DNA of 64,000 bases, taken from contig CAYLPJ010000004.1 in assembly GCA_964385465.1 (NCBI GenBank), positions 93,044 to 157,043 of the forward strand, read 5' to 3'. Of this stretch, positions 48,688 to 57,794 are shown piece by piece. Below the pieces are notes generated by a model, which saw only the letters and a program-made list of their open reading frames with translations, searched no databases and was not told where the DNA came from. Source of the DNA: an uncultured Planctomycetaceae bacterium (lineage in GTDB: Bacteria > Planctomycetota > Phycisphaerae > SM23-33). The position numbers and the translations under genes were made by a program. How positions within the stretch are numbered: position 1 is the first letter of the stretch; each line of letters opens with the position of its first letter.

Positions 48688-50168
48688 CTTGTTCGAACAG
48701 GAAGCCGTTCAGTGAGAAAACTGAACGGCTTCCTCTTTTCTATATCTACACTTACGTCGCCGAGGGTTCGGTTCAAAGAGACCGCTCGCAAGATGCGTTG
48801 TTTGTCGGCCCCGTTTGAACGTCGCCAAGTGTCGGGCGCGTTCTGAATGAACTCGAAGACTCGCTCGGCGATGTCCATGCATGAAGGATCGATGTCCACG
48901 CGCGCCGTCAGGCCCTCTTCGAGCTCCCGCAAATGTCCCTGCAACGCGGTGGACTTGTCCTGAAATGTCCCCGCGTCGACATGTCCTTCGAGGTAGAGTT
49001 CCAGCAGCCGCTGGCTCTGTTTCTCGACCTCGGCCTTCTTGCGGGCCAGGGCTCGCTTCTGATGGTTGTGGTCGCCCCGCATCTTCTCGTACACGCCGTG
49101 GAGCGTATCCCGGAACCACTGGCGGGTCTCCTCTTCCGGCATCCGCATCGCTTCGAGTTCGGCCACGACGGCGTCCTCGAGGTCGGCCTCCTTCCAGCGA
49201 ACCCTCGGGTGGTCGTCGCCCGGCTTGTTGTTCGCGCAGCGGTAGTACATGTGCTCGCGGACGCCGCCGCCCTTGAGCTTTCGGCGAATCTTCTCGCCGG
49301 TGATCATGCAGCCGCAGTACTGGCAGACGAACAGGCCGTTGGCCAGGTCGTGGGTCTGTCGGCGCTTTCGCCGGTTCTTGCCCTTGAGCAGGTCGCGGCA
49401 GATCTGGAACGTCTGCCGGTCGATCAGCGGGCGGTGGTTGCCGGGATAGATGCTGCCCTTCCAGACGATGTCGCCGACGTAGAACCGGTTGGCCAGCATG
49501 TACGAGATACTGCCCGGCGACATGCGCGGGGTGCTGGGTCGGTAGACGTAGCCCTCCTGATACAACTGGTCCGCGACCATGTCGAAGGTCATCCCGCCCT
49601 GGGAGTAAAGCTGGAAGAGGCGAAGGACCAGCTTGGCCTTCTCCGGGTGCGCCTTGATGGGCTCGTCGCGGTCGTCGGTGTTCATGTACCCGTACGGCAC
49701 GCCGCACGGCAGCCAGCCCTGGCGGACCTTCTCCTCCTGGCCCTTGCGGACCTCCTGGCGGAGGTTGTCGCTGTAGTATTGGCTGATGGCGGCCATGACA
49801 TTGAAGCTCAGGGCACCGGCCGCGCCGGGGCCGAACTCGTTGTCGACGAACACCATCTTCACGCCCACGGCGTCCTCGAGTTCCTGCATGCGGACCGCGT
49901 CGCGCATGTTCCGGCAGATGCGGTCGAGCTTGTGGGAGAGAACCGCCTCGATCTTCATTCGCTTGGCGTTCTTCTTGACCCACCGGTACATCTCGTTGAA
50001 GGCCACACGGGCCGCGCCGCGTCGGGCCGACTCGGCGATCACGAACTCGCGAACCACGTTCCAGCCCTCTCGCTGGGCCTTGTCCCGGTTGATCCGAATC
50101 TGGGCGTCCAGCGAGTAACCTTCGCTCTGCTCGCGGGACGACACTCGCGCCCAAATCACGACATTCAT
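48669..50168 (-). CDS. Large serine recombinase / integrase
   Basis: GGAAGGAG RBS. N-terminal resolvase catalytic domain MNVVIWARVSSREQSEGYSLDAQ (Ser nucleophile). Recombinase domain and zinc ribbon CQYCGCMITG...YYRC. C-terminal coiled coil. 499 aa. Last 19 nt overlap the tRNA-Pro 3' end. Confidence 0.85.
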   Translation of the reverse strand: MNVVIWARVSSREQSEGYSLDAQIRINRDKAQREGWNVVREFVIAESARRGAARVAFNEMYRWVKKNAKRMKIEAVLSHKLDRICRNMRDAVRMQELEDAVGVKMVFVDNEFGPGAAGALSFNVMAAISQYYSDNLRQEVRKGQEEKVRQGWLPCGVPYGYMNTDDRDEPIKAHPEKAKLVLRLFQLYSQGGMTFDMVADQLYQEGYVYRPSTPRMSPGSISYMLANRFYVGDIVWKGSIYPGNHRPLIDRQTFQICRDLLKGKNRRKRRQTHDLANGLFVCQYCGCMITGEKIRRKLKGGGVREHMYYRCANNKPGDDHPRVRWKEADLEDAVVAELEAMRMPEEETRQWFRDTLHGVYEKMRGDHNHQKRALARKKAEVEKQSQRLLELYLEGHVDAGTFQDKSTALQGHLRELEEGLTARVDIDPSCMDIAERVFEFIQNAPDTWRRSNGADKQRILRAVSLNRTLGDVSVDIEKRKPFSFLTERLPVRTSRGGGI

Positions 50169-50452
50169 TCGCACGCTCCTTCCATGCAGGCCAGTTGGAA
50201 GGCCAGCGCGACGCGTTGGACGTTCAGCAGCATCTCGATGGCCTCCTCTCGGCCGACGTCTCTTTGCAGGTACCGCCCCCACACCTCCTGTGTGCGGGCG
50301 ACGCGGTCCTCGGTGATCCACTCGGTCTCCAGCGGCCCGTCGCCGCCGGCGTGGACACACTGAGCCTCGTCGTTCAAAGACTGTCCAGGCGGTTCCGGCC
50401 CGTCGGGCGAGATTCTTTGAACCGGCCCGGGCAGGCACGTTTGGCCGCTCAT
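50165..50452 (-). CDS. Small hypothetical protein, translationally coupled (ATGA) to neighbours on both sides
   Basis: 95 aa from MSGQTCLPGP. Its stop overlaps the recombinase ATG (ATGA). Its ATG overlaps the stop of the upstream regulator gene (ATGA). Confidence 0.4.
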   Translation of the reverse strand: MSGQTCLPGPVQRISPDGPEPPGQSLNDEAQCVHAGGDGPLETEWITEDRVARTQEVWGRYLQRDVGREEAIEMLLNVQRVALAFQLACMEGACE

Positions 50453-50991
50453 CGCAGGCCCTCCCCGTCCAGGCCAAGCCGGCGGAAGTGCTCGCCGATG
50501 CGCGGCACGGCGTTGTGGACGGTGTTCCATTCGCAGCCGAGGGCGCGGGCCAGTGCAGCTTTGGACATCCCGGCGGCCAGGCCGGTGGCCACGGCCCGGT
50601 CGAACGGCGAGAGGCCGGGTAGCGCCTGCTCGACGTCCAGGCCGAGGCCGTAGTCGGTCTCGGTGCAGGGGTCCGGGCCGACGTAGCTGCCGTCGTCATG
50701 GACGCCGAGGCTGTGGAGGTACTCCATGAACCGCTCGCGGTCGCGGTAGCGGCCGCGCATGCGATGCAGGAGGTGGCGGTTGATCACCGCGTAGAGCACC
50801 GTCTGCTCGGTGGCCCCGTTGCTGCGGGCGAAGTCGTACTCGAACTCCAGAATCACCACCGCCAGGTCCTGCATCAGGTCCGCCCAGTCCCGCTTGGGGA
50901 ATCCCAGGGCCTTGATCCGGCTGATCGCCAGCTTCGCCTTCCACGCCTCGAACGCACCTTCGTACTGCTGCAACAGCTTCTGATCCGTCAT
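50449..50991 (-). CDS. Phage sigma-factor-like / HTH transcriptional regulator
   Basis: 180 aa. C-terminal HTH LSPFDRAVATGLAAGMSKAALARALGCEWNTVHNAVPRIGEHFRRLGL resembles sigma-70 region 4. Faces the repeat-rich operator region. Confidence 0.45.
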   Translation of the reverse strand: MTDQKLLQQYEGAFEAWKAKLAISRIKALGFPKRDWADLMQDLAVVILEFEYDFARSNGATEQTVLYAVINRHLLHRMRGRYRDRERFMEYLHSLGVHDDGSYVGPDPCTETDYGLGLDVEQALPGLSPFDRAVATGLAAGMSKAALARALGCEWNTVHNAVPRIGEHFRRLGLDGEGLR

Positions 50992-51049
50992 CGCGATTCG
51001 TCCTTACATCAGGGTTCGATCTCGCGGTCGGGCCTGTCCCAACCGCCGA

Positions 51050-51330
51050 TCGCGATGCTCGGGCCGCGACTATGGACATGTCCGTAGAGCCGGAGCTGTC
51101 TGGCGAAAGCCATATGTCAGGAAGGTTGTCAGGAAGCTTTCCGCCCTTGCATGGACATTGTCAGAAAGGCTTTCCGGTCTTGCATGGACATGTCTGACAT
51201 ATGTCAGGAAGGTGTTTTCAGGGGCTTTCCGAAACTCGTTACTTCAAGCAATTGCAGTACTTGGGGGATTCGATGCATGGACATTGGCCGTTGGCGGCAT
51301 GTCCATGCATGAGGAGTTGGGGGCGATTCT
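51050..51330. promoter_or_regulatory. Divergent regulatory region with iterated operator-like repeats
   Basis: TGCATGGACAT at 51148, 51181 and 51264, and inverted ATGTCCATGCA at 51299. Palindrome ATGGACATGTCC at 51072. Three GTCAGGAAGG / GCTTTCCG copies. Lies between the minus-strand regulator/recombinase operon and the plus-strand exonuclease gene. Confidence 0.45.
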
Positions 51331-51392
51331 GCAAATAACCCCTGCGAACGGACGAGGCATCGACGCCTCGCCGCGAGCAAGGGAGTCCGAGA

Positions 51393-52238
51393 ATGCCGCA
51401 GACCGCAGAGACCAACCTGGCCATCGACCTCGGCGTGCTGACCGCCGAGCCGGCCGAGGAGTACCACGCCAAGGCCGACCGCTACCTGTCGAGCCATCAA
51501 CTGCTCGACTTCATGGCCTGCCCCTGGCTGTACCGCAAAAAGCAGTTGGGCCTGATCGCCGACACCGACACGCCGGCGCTTCTGGTCGGCCGGGCCGCCC
51601 ACGTCCGCATCCTCGAGGGCCGCGACGCCTACGAGCAGCAATTCGCCCTCGGAGGTCCCATCAACCCCAAGACCGGTAAGCCGTACGGGGCCAACACGAA
51701 GGCCTTTGCCCGGTGGGCCGAGGGCGAGGGCAAACCGGTGCTCAGCCACGACCAGGTCGAGTTGATCGAGAAAATGGCCTCCGGCGTGGCCCAGAACGAC
51801 GCGGCCGTCGAGCTCTTGCTCTACGGCCGGTCCGAGGGGGTCGTCCGCGCCGTCTACTGCGAGGCCGCCTGCCAGGTGCGGCTGGACTGGCTGCACCCCC
51901 ATCGTGGCCTGGTCGACCTGAAGACCACGGCCGATCTGACCTGGTTCGAGAACGAGGCCAAGCGTCGGCGCTACGCCAACCAGGTCGCGTTCTACCAGGC
52001 CGTCCTGGCCGAGGTGATCGACCTGTTCGTCCCCGTCTACCTCGTCGCGGTCGAGAAGACCGAGCCGTTCCGCTGCGGCGTGTGGCGCGTCAGCGACGAC
52101 CTGCTGACCATCGCCCGGCAGGAGAACGAGCATGCCGTCGAGCGTCTGCGCCGCGCCTGGGAGACCGACGAGTTCCCGACCGGCTACGAGGTCATCCGCG
52201 TGCTCGACCTGGCCGTGCCCATCGGCGGTTTTCCCTGA
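51393..52238 (+). CDS. Phage-type PD-(D/E)xK exonuclease (Cas4/RecB-like, PDDEXK_1)
   Basis: 281 aa. LVDLKTT motif plus the DLKTT-to-YANQVAFYQAVL spacing typical of RecB-family nuclease core. First gene of the plus-strand module. Confidence 0.65.
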   Translation: MPQTAETNLAIDLGVLTAEPAEEYHAKADRYLSSHQLLDFMACPWLYRKKQLGLIADTDTPALLVGRAAHVRILEGRDAYEQQFALGGPINPKTGKPYGANTKAFARWAEGEGKPVLSHDQVELIEKMASGVAQNDAAVELLLYGRSEGVVRAVYCEAACQVRLDWLHPHRGLVDLKTTADLTWFENEAKRRRYANQVAFYQAVLAEVIDLFVPVYLVAVEKTEPFRCGVWRVSDDLLTIARQENEHAVERLRRAWETDEFPTGYEVIRVLDLAVPIGGFP

Positions 52239-52576
52239 TGCATCTCTCGCGCCCGGGCGGGACGGCGTGCCGTGCGGCATGGATGCCACCACGGAGGAAC
52301 GCGGCCGGACTCCCTACACCCGCTCGGGCGCACCTGGCAGGGCCGGGCTACTCGGGGTTCATGCCCCCGAGGATGCGGGTTCGACTCCCGCGCCTGCCAT
52401 TCGGTGCGACGGTAGCTCCTGCCGGAAGGAGCGTGAATCACGGCCACAGAATCCCACCCGCCACGTCGGGCTGCCTGCCGTGAGCTGAAGGCCCGCCCGG
52501 GTTCGATCCCCGGCCGTCGCATTCGCTGGCCAGCGAGACAGGACATGAACAGACCAACAGACAACCGGAGAACGAC

Positions 52577-52879
52577 ATGAACCAGAACTACCGCAACACA
52601 GACCCGCCCACGTCGGCGCTGGCCGGGCGGGAGGCCGAAGCCAACGGCTCGGCCCGTCAACACCGAGCGATGTGCTTCGAGACCGTGATGCAGACGCCCG
52701 GGCTGACGGCCCGCGAGATCGAGGACCGCCTCGACATCAAGGCCCACAAGCGTCTGCCGGAACTGCGCCGCGCCGGCATGGTCCGCAACGGCAAGAGCCG
52801 CACCTGCACCGTCAGCGGCAGGCAGGCCCTGACCTGGCACCCCAACGTCGGCAACCACTGCGCAGGAGAACTGGCATGA
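52577..52879 (+). CDS. Small winged-helix DNA-binding protein
   Basis: 100 aa. HTH-like MQTPGLTAREIEDRLDIKAHKRLPELRRAGMVRNG. GGAGAA RBS. Stop overlaps the next gene's ATG (ATGA). Confidence 0.45.
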   Translation: MNQNYRNTDPPTSALAGREAEANGSARQHRAMCFETVMQTPGLTAREIEDRLDIKAHKRLPELRRAGMVRNGKSRTCTVSGRQALTWHPNVGNHCAGELA

Positions 52880-53610
52880 CCCTGATGAACTCACTGATCA
52901 AGAGCACCACGCCCGCGCCGCCCAAGATGATCGTCTACGGTCAGCCGGGCGTCGGGAAGACGACCTTCGCCGCGTCGGCCAATGCCGTCCTGCTGGACTG
53001 CGAAAACGGTGCCGGTGCCGTGTCTGGCCTGACCCGCACGCCGTACCTGGAGACCTGGCCCGAGATGCGCAAGTGGCTGGTCGAGCTGCGCGGCATCGAC
53101 CGGGCCGACGCCCCCGAGGCGCTGGCCGTGGACACCATCGACTGGATGATCCAGCGGATCGCCGAGCACGTCGTGCACGAGCTCGACCCCAATGCCCCGG
53201 CCGACAACACCAGCACGCTGGGCACCGCCCACGGCGGCTACTTCAAGGCCCGCGAGATCGTCGCCAACATCGTCTATCGCGACCTGCTGCCGATGCTCAA
53301 CGGCATCGCCGAGCGGGGCACGGCCATCATCCTCCTGGCCCACGCGGCCAACACGAAGATGACCACGCCCGAGGGGTTCGACCAGAGCCTCGCCTCGCCG
53401 GACCTTCCGCACTGGATCGCCCCGCCCTTCATCGAGTGGGCCGATTGCGTGCTCTACGCCCATCGCGAAGGCGACGAGCGCCTGCTCCGCACCGAAGGGA
53501 CGAACAACGTCCTCGCCAAGAACCGCTATGGCCTGCCCGCGCTGGTGCCCCTGTCGTGGCCCGGGCTCATGCAGGCCATGTCCAACAACACCAACCCCAA
53601 GGAGAACTGA
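52876..53610 (+). CDS. AAA_24 / Sak4-like phage recombination ATPase
   Basis: Walker A VYGQPGVGKTT. RecA-like core. 244 aa. Confidence 0.7.
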   Translation: MTLMNSLIKSTTPAPPKMIVYGQPGVGKTTFAASANAVLLDCENGAGAVSGLTRTPYLETWPEMRKWLVELRGIDRADAPEALAVDTIDWMIQRIAEHVVHELDPNAPADNTSTLGTAHGGYFKAREIVANIVYRDLLPMLNGIAERGTAIILLAHAANTKMTTPEGFDQSLASPDLPHWIAPPFIEWADCVLYAHREGDERLLRTEGTNNVLAKNRYGLPALVPLSWPGLMQAMSNNTNPKEN

Positions 53611-53612
53611 TC

Positions 53613-54068
53613 ATGGCCAATCTGAACGGATTCAACGCCAACGACGTCGAGCCGACCACAGCGCCCGACCCGCTTCCGGCGGGCAAGTACGTCGCCGCCA
53701 TCACCGCCAGCGAGATGAAACCCACCAAGGCCGGCGACGGCAGCTATCTGCAACTGGAGTTCACCGTCGTCGAAGGCGACTGCCAGAACCGCAAGGTCTG
53801 GGACCGCCTCTGCATCAACCACCCCAACGACCTGACGCAAAGAATCGCCCAGGGGAACCTCTCGGCGATCTGCCGGGCGGTCGGGGTCATGACGCCCCGG
53901 GACAGCGTCGAACTGCACAACATCCCGCTGGTGATCACGGTCAAGTGCAAGAAGCGCGACGACACCGGCGAGATCACCAACGAGATCCGTGGCTACGAGG
54001 CCAAGGCAGCCGCGTCCCAGCCGCAGCAGGCTCCGACCGGCGATTCCACGCCGCCATGGAAGCGATGA
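53613..54068 (+). CDS. DUF669-like phage protein (ssDNA-binding partner of Sak4-type ATPases)
   Basis: 151 aa. AAGGAGAAC RBS embedded in the upstream gene's end. Conserved position directly after the AAA_24 gene. The DUF669 assignment is from memory of typical size and synteny. Confidence 0.45.
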   Translation: MANLNGFNANDVEPTTAPDPLPAGKYVAAITASEMKPTKAGDGSYLQLEFTVVEGDCQNRKVWDRLCINHPNDLTQRIAQGNLSAICRAVGVMTPRDSVELHNIPLVITVKCKKRDDTGEITNEIRGYEAKAAASQPQQAPTGDSTPPWKR

Positions 54069-54502
54069 GGGGGCCGGCCGCGATGAGACTCGTTCTGCCC
54101 TGGCCGCCGAGCGTGAACCACTACTACCGCCGCGTCGGCCCGCGAACGCTGATCAGCCGCGAGGGCCGGGAGTACCGCAGGGCAGTCTGCGGACTCCTGG
54201 CCCCCGGCTCCGGCGGAATCCGCAAGCCGCCGTCGGGCGGGCGAATCGCCCTGGCGATGGACGCCTTCCCGCCGGACCGTCGGCGTCGCGACCTGGACAA
54301 CCTACTCAAGGGCACCCAGGACGCACTGGAGCACGCCGGGGTCTACGAGGACGACAGCCTCATCGACCTGCTGACCGTGGTCCGGCGCGAGCCGGTCCGG
54401 GGCGGTCGGTTGGCCATCCGCATCGACGAGTTCCCCCTTCGCCGCTGCCCGCTGTGCGGCGGCAGGTACCCCAACGAAAGAGAGCCATCCCATGACAACT
54501 GA
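54065..54502 (+). CDS. rusA: RusA-family Holliday junction resolvase
   Basis: LVLPWPPSVNHYY signature. About 145 aa. ATGA overlap with the DUF669 stop. C-terminal CPLCGG zinc knuckle. Confidence 0.75.
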   Translation: MRGPAAMRLVLPWPPSVNHYYRRVGPRTLISREGREYRRAVCGLLAPGSGGIRKPPSGGRIALAMDAFPPDRRRRDLDNLLKGTQDALEHAGVYEDDSLIDLLTVVRREPVRGGRLAIRIDEFPLRRCPLCGGRYPNEREPSHDN

Positions 54503-55220
54503 TATCCAGAATCTGCGACTCGACCAGATCCGCACCGACGGCGGCACGCAACCGCGCGTCGCCATCGATGAGGGCGTCGTCGGCGAATACGCCGAACTGT
54601 ACGCCAACGGCGTCGATCTGCCGCCGGTGGTCGTCTTCTACGACGGCGCGACCTACTGGCTGGCCGACGGCTTCCACCGCTACTGGGCCAACAGAGAGAT
54701 CGACTGCAACCAGATCTTCGCCGAGGTCCGCCACGGCACGAAGCGCGAGGCGATCCTTTACTCCGTCGGTGCCAACGCCGACCACGGCCTGCGACGGACG
54801 AACGCGGACAAACGCAAGGCCATTCTAACCTTGCTTGAAGACGACGAGTGGTCCGGCTGGACTGATCGCGAGATCGCGAAGCGATGCGGCGTTGACCACA
54901 AGACTGTGGGCGCAGCGCGCAAGAGCCTCACTGGGGAAATTCCCCAGTCAAAACCCTCGCCGCGGACCTACAAGACCCGCCACGGCACGGTCGCCCGAAT
55001 GAAGACGGGCAACATCAACCGTCATCGCAATCGCGGCCCCGATTCGCCCAACCCGGTCCGCGAGGCGCGTCCCGCCCCGGCCCAGACGAATCTCAACCTG
55101 CCGCACGACCCGGCCTATGGGGCGCGCGCCATCGTCTCTGCGATGGGCCCGGAGTACGCCCACAGCCTGATCGAATCCCTGACCTCCTACCTCCACAACC
55201 AGAAAGAAGGTGCCGCATGA
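54492..55220 (+). CDS. ParB-like nuclease-domain protein
   Basis: ParB/Srx motif YWLADGFHRYWA. 242 aa. Overlaps the rusA end by 11 nt. Confidence 0.7.
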   Translation: MTTDIQNLRLDQIRTDGGTQPRVAIDEGVVGEYAELYANGVDLPPVVVFYDGATYWLADGFHRYWANREIDCNQIFAEVRHGTKREAILYSVGANADHGLRRTNADKRKAILTLLEDDEWSGWTDREIAKRCGVDHKTVGAARKSLTGEIPQSKPSPRTYKTRHGTVARMKTGNINRHRNRGPDSPNPVREARPAPAQTNLNLPHDPAYGARAIVSAMGPEYAHSLIESLTSYLHNQKEGAA

Positions 55221-56053
55221 CCGCTACGCCCAGCCTGAAAATCGCATCCGAGACCCGGCCGTTCGTCCAGCAGATGGCCATCGGCCCCGACCAGGCCCTT
55301 CGGTGGCTGGACACCTGCAACACCAACAACCGCAAAGTCTCCGACAGGCACGTGCAGCGTCTGGCCCGCGACATGGCCGAGGGCAAGTGGGTGCTGACCC
55401 ACGCGGGAATCGCCTTCGGGCCGGACAACACATTGCTGGACGGCCAGCACCGGCTGTGGGCCATCGTCGAATCCGGCCGGACGGTCGAGATGTTCGTCTG
55501 GCGCAACGTGGACCCCGAGACCATGATCGCCATCGACTGCGGCAAGATGCGATCGATGGCGGACATCCTCAACATCGCCGGGGCCAACGGCGAGGTGACC
55601 AACTACCACCTGGCGGCCCTGCGGGCGATGCTGGGCGGATTCGGCAACCCGCCGACGCTCTCGCCCTCGGAAACCTCCGAAGCCCTGCGGCTGCACCGCG
55701 AGGCGGTGGAGTTCGCCCTGGAGCAGTTGCCGGTGGTGACCTCGGCGCGAGGCGTGAACACCGCCGTCACCCGCGCCGTCGTGGCGCGGGCGTGGTATTC
55801 GGTCGACCGGACGATGCTCAAGGACTTCTGCCGCAAGCTCACCTCCGGCATCGTCACCTCGCCGGAAGAGGGCGTGATCGTCCTGCTGCGTCAGTACCTC
55901 CAGACCAACCGGGGCGGCTCGTACAGCGTCCGGATGCAGCGTTACGGCAAGGTCGAACGGGCGCTGGCGGCCTGGCTGAAGGGCGAGAGCCCGACGCGGC
56001 TTTACCCCGCCGCCTGCGAGCAGTTCCCCCTTCCGGAGGAGGCGAACGGGTGA
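55217..56053 (+). CDS. Second ParB-like nuclease-domain protein
   Basis: LLDGQHRLWAI motif. 278 aa. ATGA overlap with the upstream stop. Confidence 0.65.
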   Translation: MTATPSLKIASETRPFVQQMAIGPDQALRWLDTCNTNNRKVSDRHVQRLARDMAEGKWVLTHAGIAFGPDNTLLDGQHRLWAIVESGRTVEMFVWRNVDPETMIAIDCGKMRSMADILNIAGANGEVTNYHLAALRAMLGGFGNPPTLSPSETSEALRLHREAVEFALEQLPVVTSARGVNTAVTRAVVARAWYSVDRTMLKDFCRKLTSGIVTSPEEGVIVLLRQYLQTNRGGSYSVRMQRYGKVERALAAWLKGESPTRLYPAACEQFPLPEEANG

Positions 56054-57783
56054 CGCAGGCGCTGCTGCCCATGGCGAGGACGGACGAGGCCCCGGCGATC
56101 ACGCTGCGTCCGTACCAGGCCGAGGCCGTCCAGGCCGTCTACGACCACCTGCGCCGTCGGGATGACAACCCCTGCGTTGTCATCCCGACGGCTGGGGGCA
56201 AGACGCCGGTGATGGCCTCGATCTGCCGCGACGCGGTCGAGCGCTGGGGCGGCCGTGTTCTGATCCTCGCGCACGTGAAGGAACTGCTCGAGCAGGCGGT
56301 GGACAAGCTCCATGCCATGGCCCCGGACCTGGATCACGACATCGGCGTCTACTCGGCCGGGCTCGGCAGCCGGGATACCGACCATCCGATCATCGTGGCG
56401 GGGATTCAGAGCGTGTATCGGCGGGCGGCCGAATTGGACGCGTTCAACCTGGTTCTGCTGGATGAATGTCATATGCTGCCGCCGGACGGCGAGGGGATGT
56501 ACCGCACCTTTTTGGCTGGCGCGCAGGAGGTGAACCCGAACGTCCGGCTGGTCGGCCTGACGGCCACGCCGTACCGGATGACCACCGGGATGATCTGCGC
56601 CCCAGACCACCTGCTCAACCACGTCTGCTACGAGGTGGGCGTCCGCGAATTGATCGTCCAGGGCTACCTGTGCCCGCTGAAGACCAAGGCGGGCCGGCGG
56701 AAGGTCGACACCTCTGCGCTGCACGTGCGCGGCGGCGAGTTCGTCGCCGGCGAGGTCGAGGCCCTGATGGACGAGGACTCCCTGGTCCGATCGGCCTGCC
56801 GGGAGATCGTCGACCACACCGCCGATCGTCACTCGGTGCTGATCTTCGCATCCGGCGTCCAGCATGCCCTGCACGTCCAGCGCATCCTCGGCGCGTGCGG
56901 CCAGGAGTGCGGGTTCGTCTGCGGCGATACGCTGCCGTTCGAGCGGGCCGAGACGCTGCGGCGGTTCAAGGACGGCGAGCTGAAGTACCTGGTCAACGTC
57001 AATGTCCTGACCACCGGCTTCGACGCGCCCAACATCGACTGCGTGGCGCTGTTGCGGCCGACGATGTCGCCGGGCCTCTACTACCAGATGGTCGGTCGCG
57101 GCTTCCGCCTCGATCCGTCGAAGAGCGACTGCCTGGTGCTGGACTTCGGCGGCAACATCCTCCGGCACGGTCCGGTCGATGCATTGCAGATCGAAAGCGG
57201 CCGCCAGGCCGCTGGCGAAGCGCCCGCCAAGGAATGCCCCGAGTGCTGTGCGGTGATCCACGCCGCCTACGGCGTGTGTCCCGATTGCGGCTACGAATTC
57301 CCGCCGCCGGAGCGGGAGAAACACGAGGCCACCGCCCATGCCGGCGGCATCCTCACCGGCGAGGTCACCGAGACCGAGTACGAGGTCATCGAGGCCTTCT
57401 ATAGCGTCCACCACAAGCGCGGCGCTCCGCCCGACCACCCGCGAACGATGCGGGTCGATTACCGCTGCGGGCTCAATGACTACCACAGCGAATGGGTCTG
57501 CCCCGAGCACGAGGGGTACGCCCGGCAGAAGTTCGAGACCTGGTGGCGGGCCCGATCGAACGAGCCATTCCCGGCCACGGCGGACGCGGCGGTCGAGCTG
57601 GCCGAGGCCGGGGCGCTCGCGCCGACCCACGCGATTACGGTTCGTTCGGTCGCCGGGGAGACATTCGACACGATCCCCGAACACCAGCTCGGGCCGATCC
57701 CGCCGCGCCTCGACGGTCGGGACGAGATCGATGACGCCGACCTGCCCGAGCCGGTCTGGCCCGAAGACGACATTCCGTTTTGA
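56050..57783 (+). CDS. Superfamily-2 DEAD/DEAH-box helicase with C-terminal zinc ribbon
   Basis: Motif I VIPTAGGKT, motif II LLDECH, LTATP, helicase C-domain QMVGRGFR, zinc ribbon CPECCAVIHAAYGVCPDCG. GTGA overlap with the upstream stop. Confidence 0.8.
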   Translation: MTQALLPMARTDEAPAITLRPYQAEAVQAVYDHLRRRDDNPCVVIPTAGGKTPVMASICRDAVERWGGRVLILAHVKELLEQAVDKLHAMAPDLDHDIGVYSAGLGSRDTDHPIIVAGIQSVYRRAAELDAFNLVLLDECHMLPPDGEGMYRTFLAGAQEVNPNVRLVGLTATPYRMTTGMICAPDHLLNHVCYEVGVRELIVQGYLCPLKTKAGRRKVDTSALHVRGGEFVAGEVEALMDEDSLVRSACREIVDHTADRHSVLIFASGVQHALHVQRILGACGQECGFVCGDTLPFERAETLRRFKDGELKYLVNVNVLTTGFDAPNIDCVALLRPTMSPGLYYQMVGRGFRLDPSKSDCLVLDFGGNILRHGPVDALQIESGRQAAGEAPAKECPECCAVIHAAYGVCPDCGYEFPPPEREKHEATAHAGGILTGEVTETEYEVIEAFYSVHHKRGAPPDHPRTMRVDYRCGLNDYHSEWVCPEHEGYARQKFETWWRARSNEPFPATADAAVELAEAGALAPTHAITVRSVAGETFDTIPEHQLGPIPPRLDGRDEIDDADLPEPVWPEDDIPF

Positions 57784-57794
57784 GGAGGAATCCC

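Noticed and set aside
52441-52470. Possible degenerate copy of the tRNA-Pro 3' end (AATCCCACCCGCC) as attR-like repeat
   Set aside because: Only a 9-10-nt match with one indel. The phage-like gene content continues for another 11 kb, so the true distal att must lie beyond the window. Treated as coincidental or part of the tRNA-like structure.
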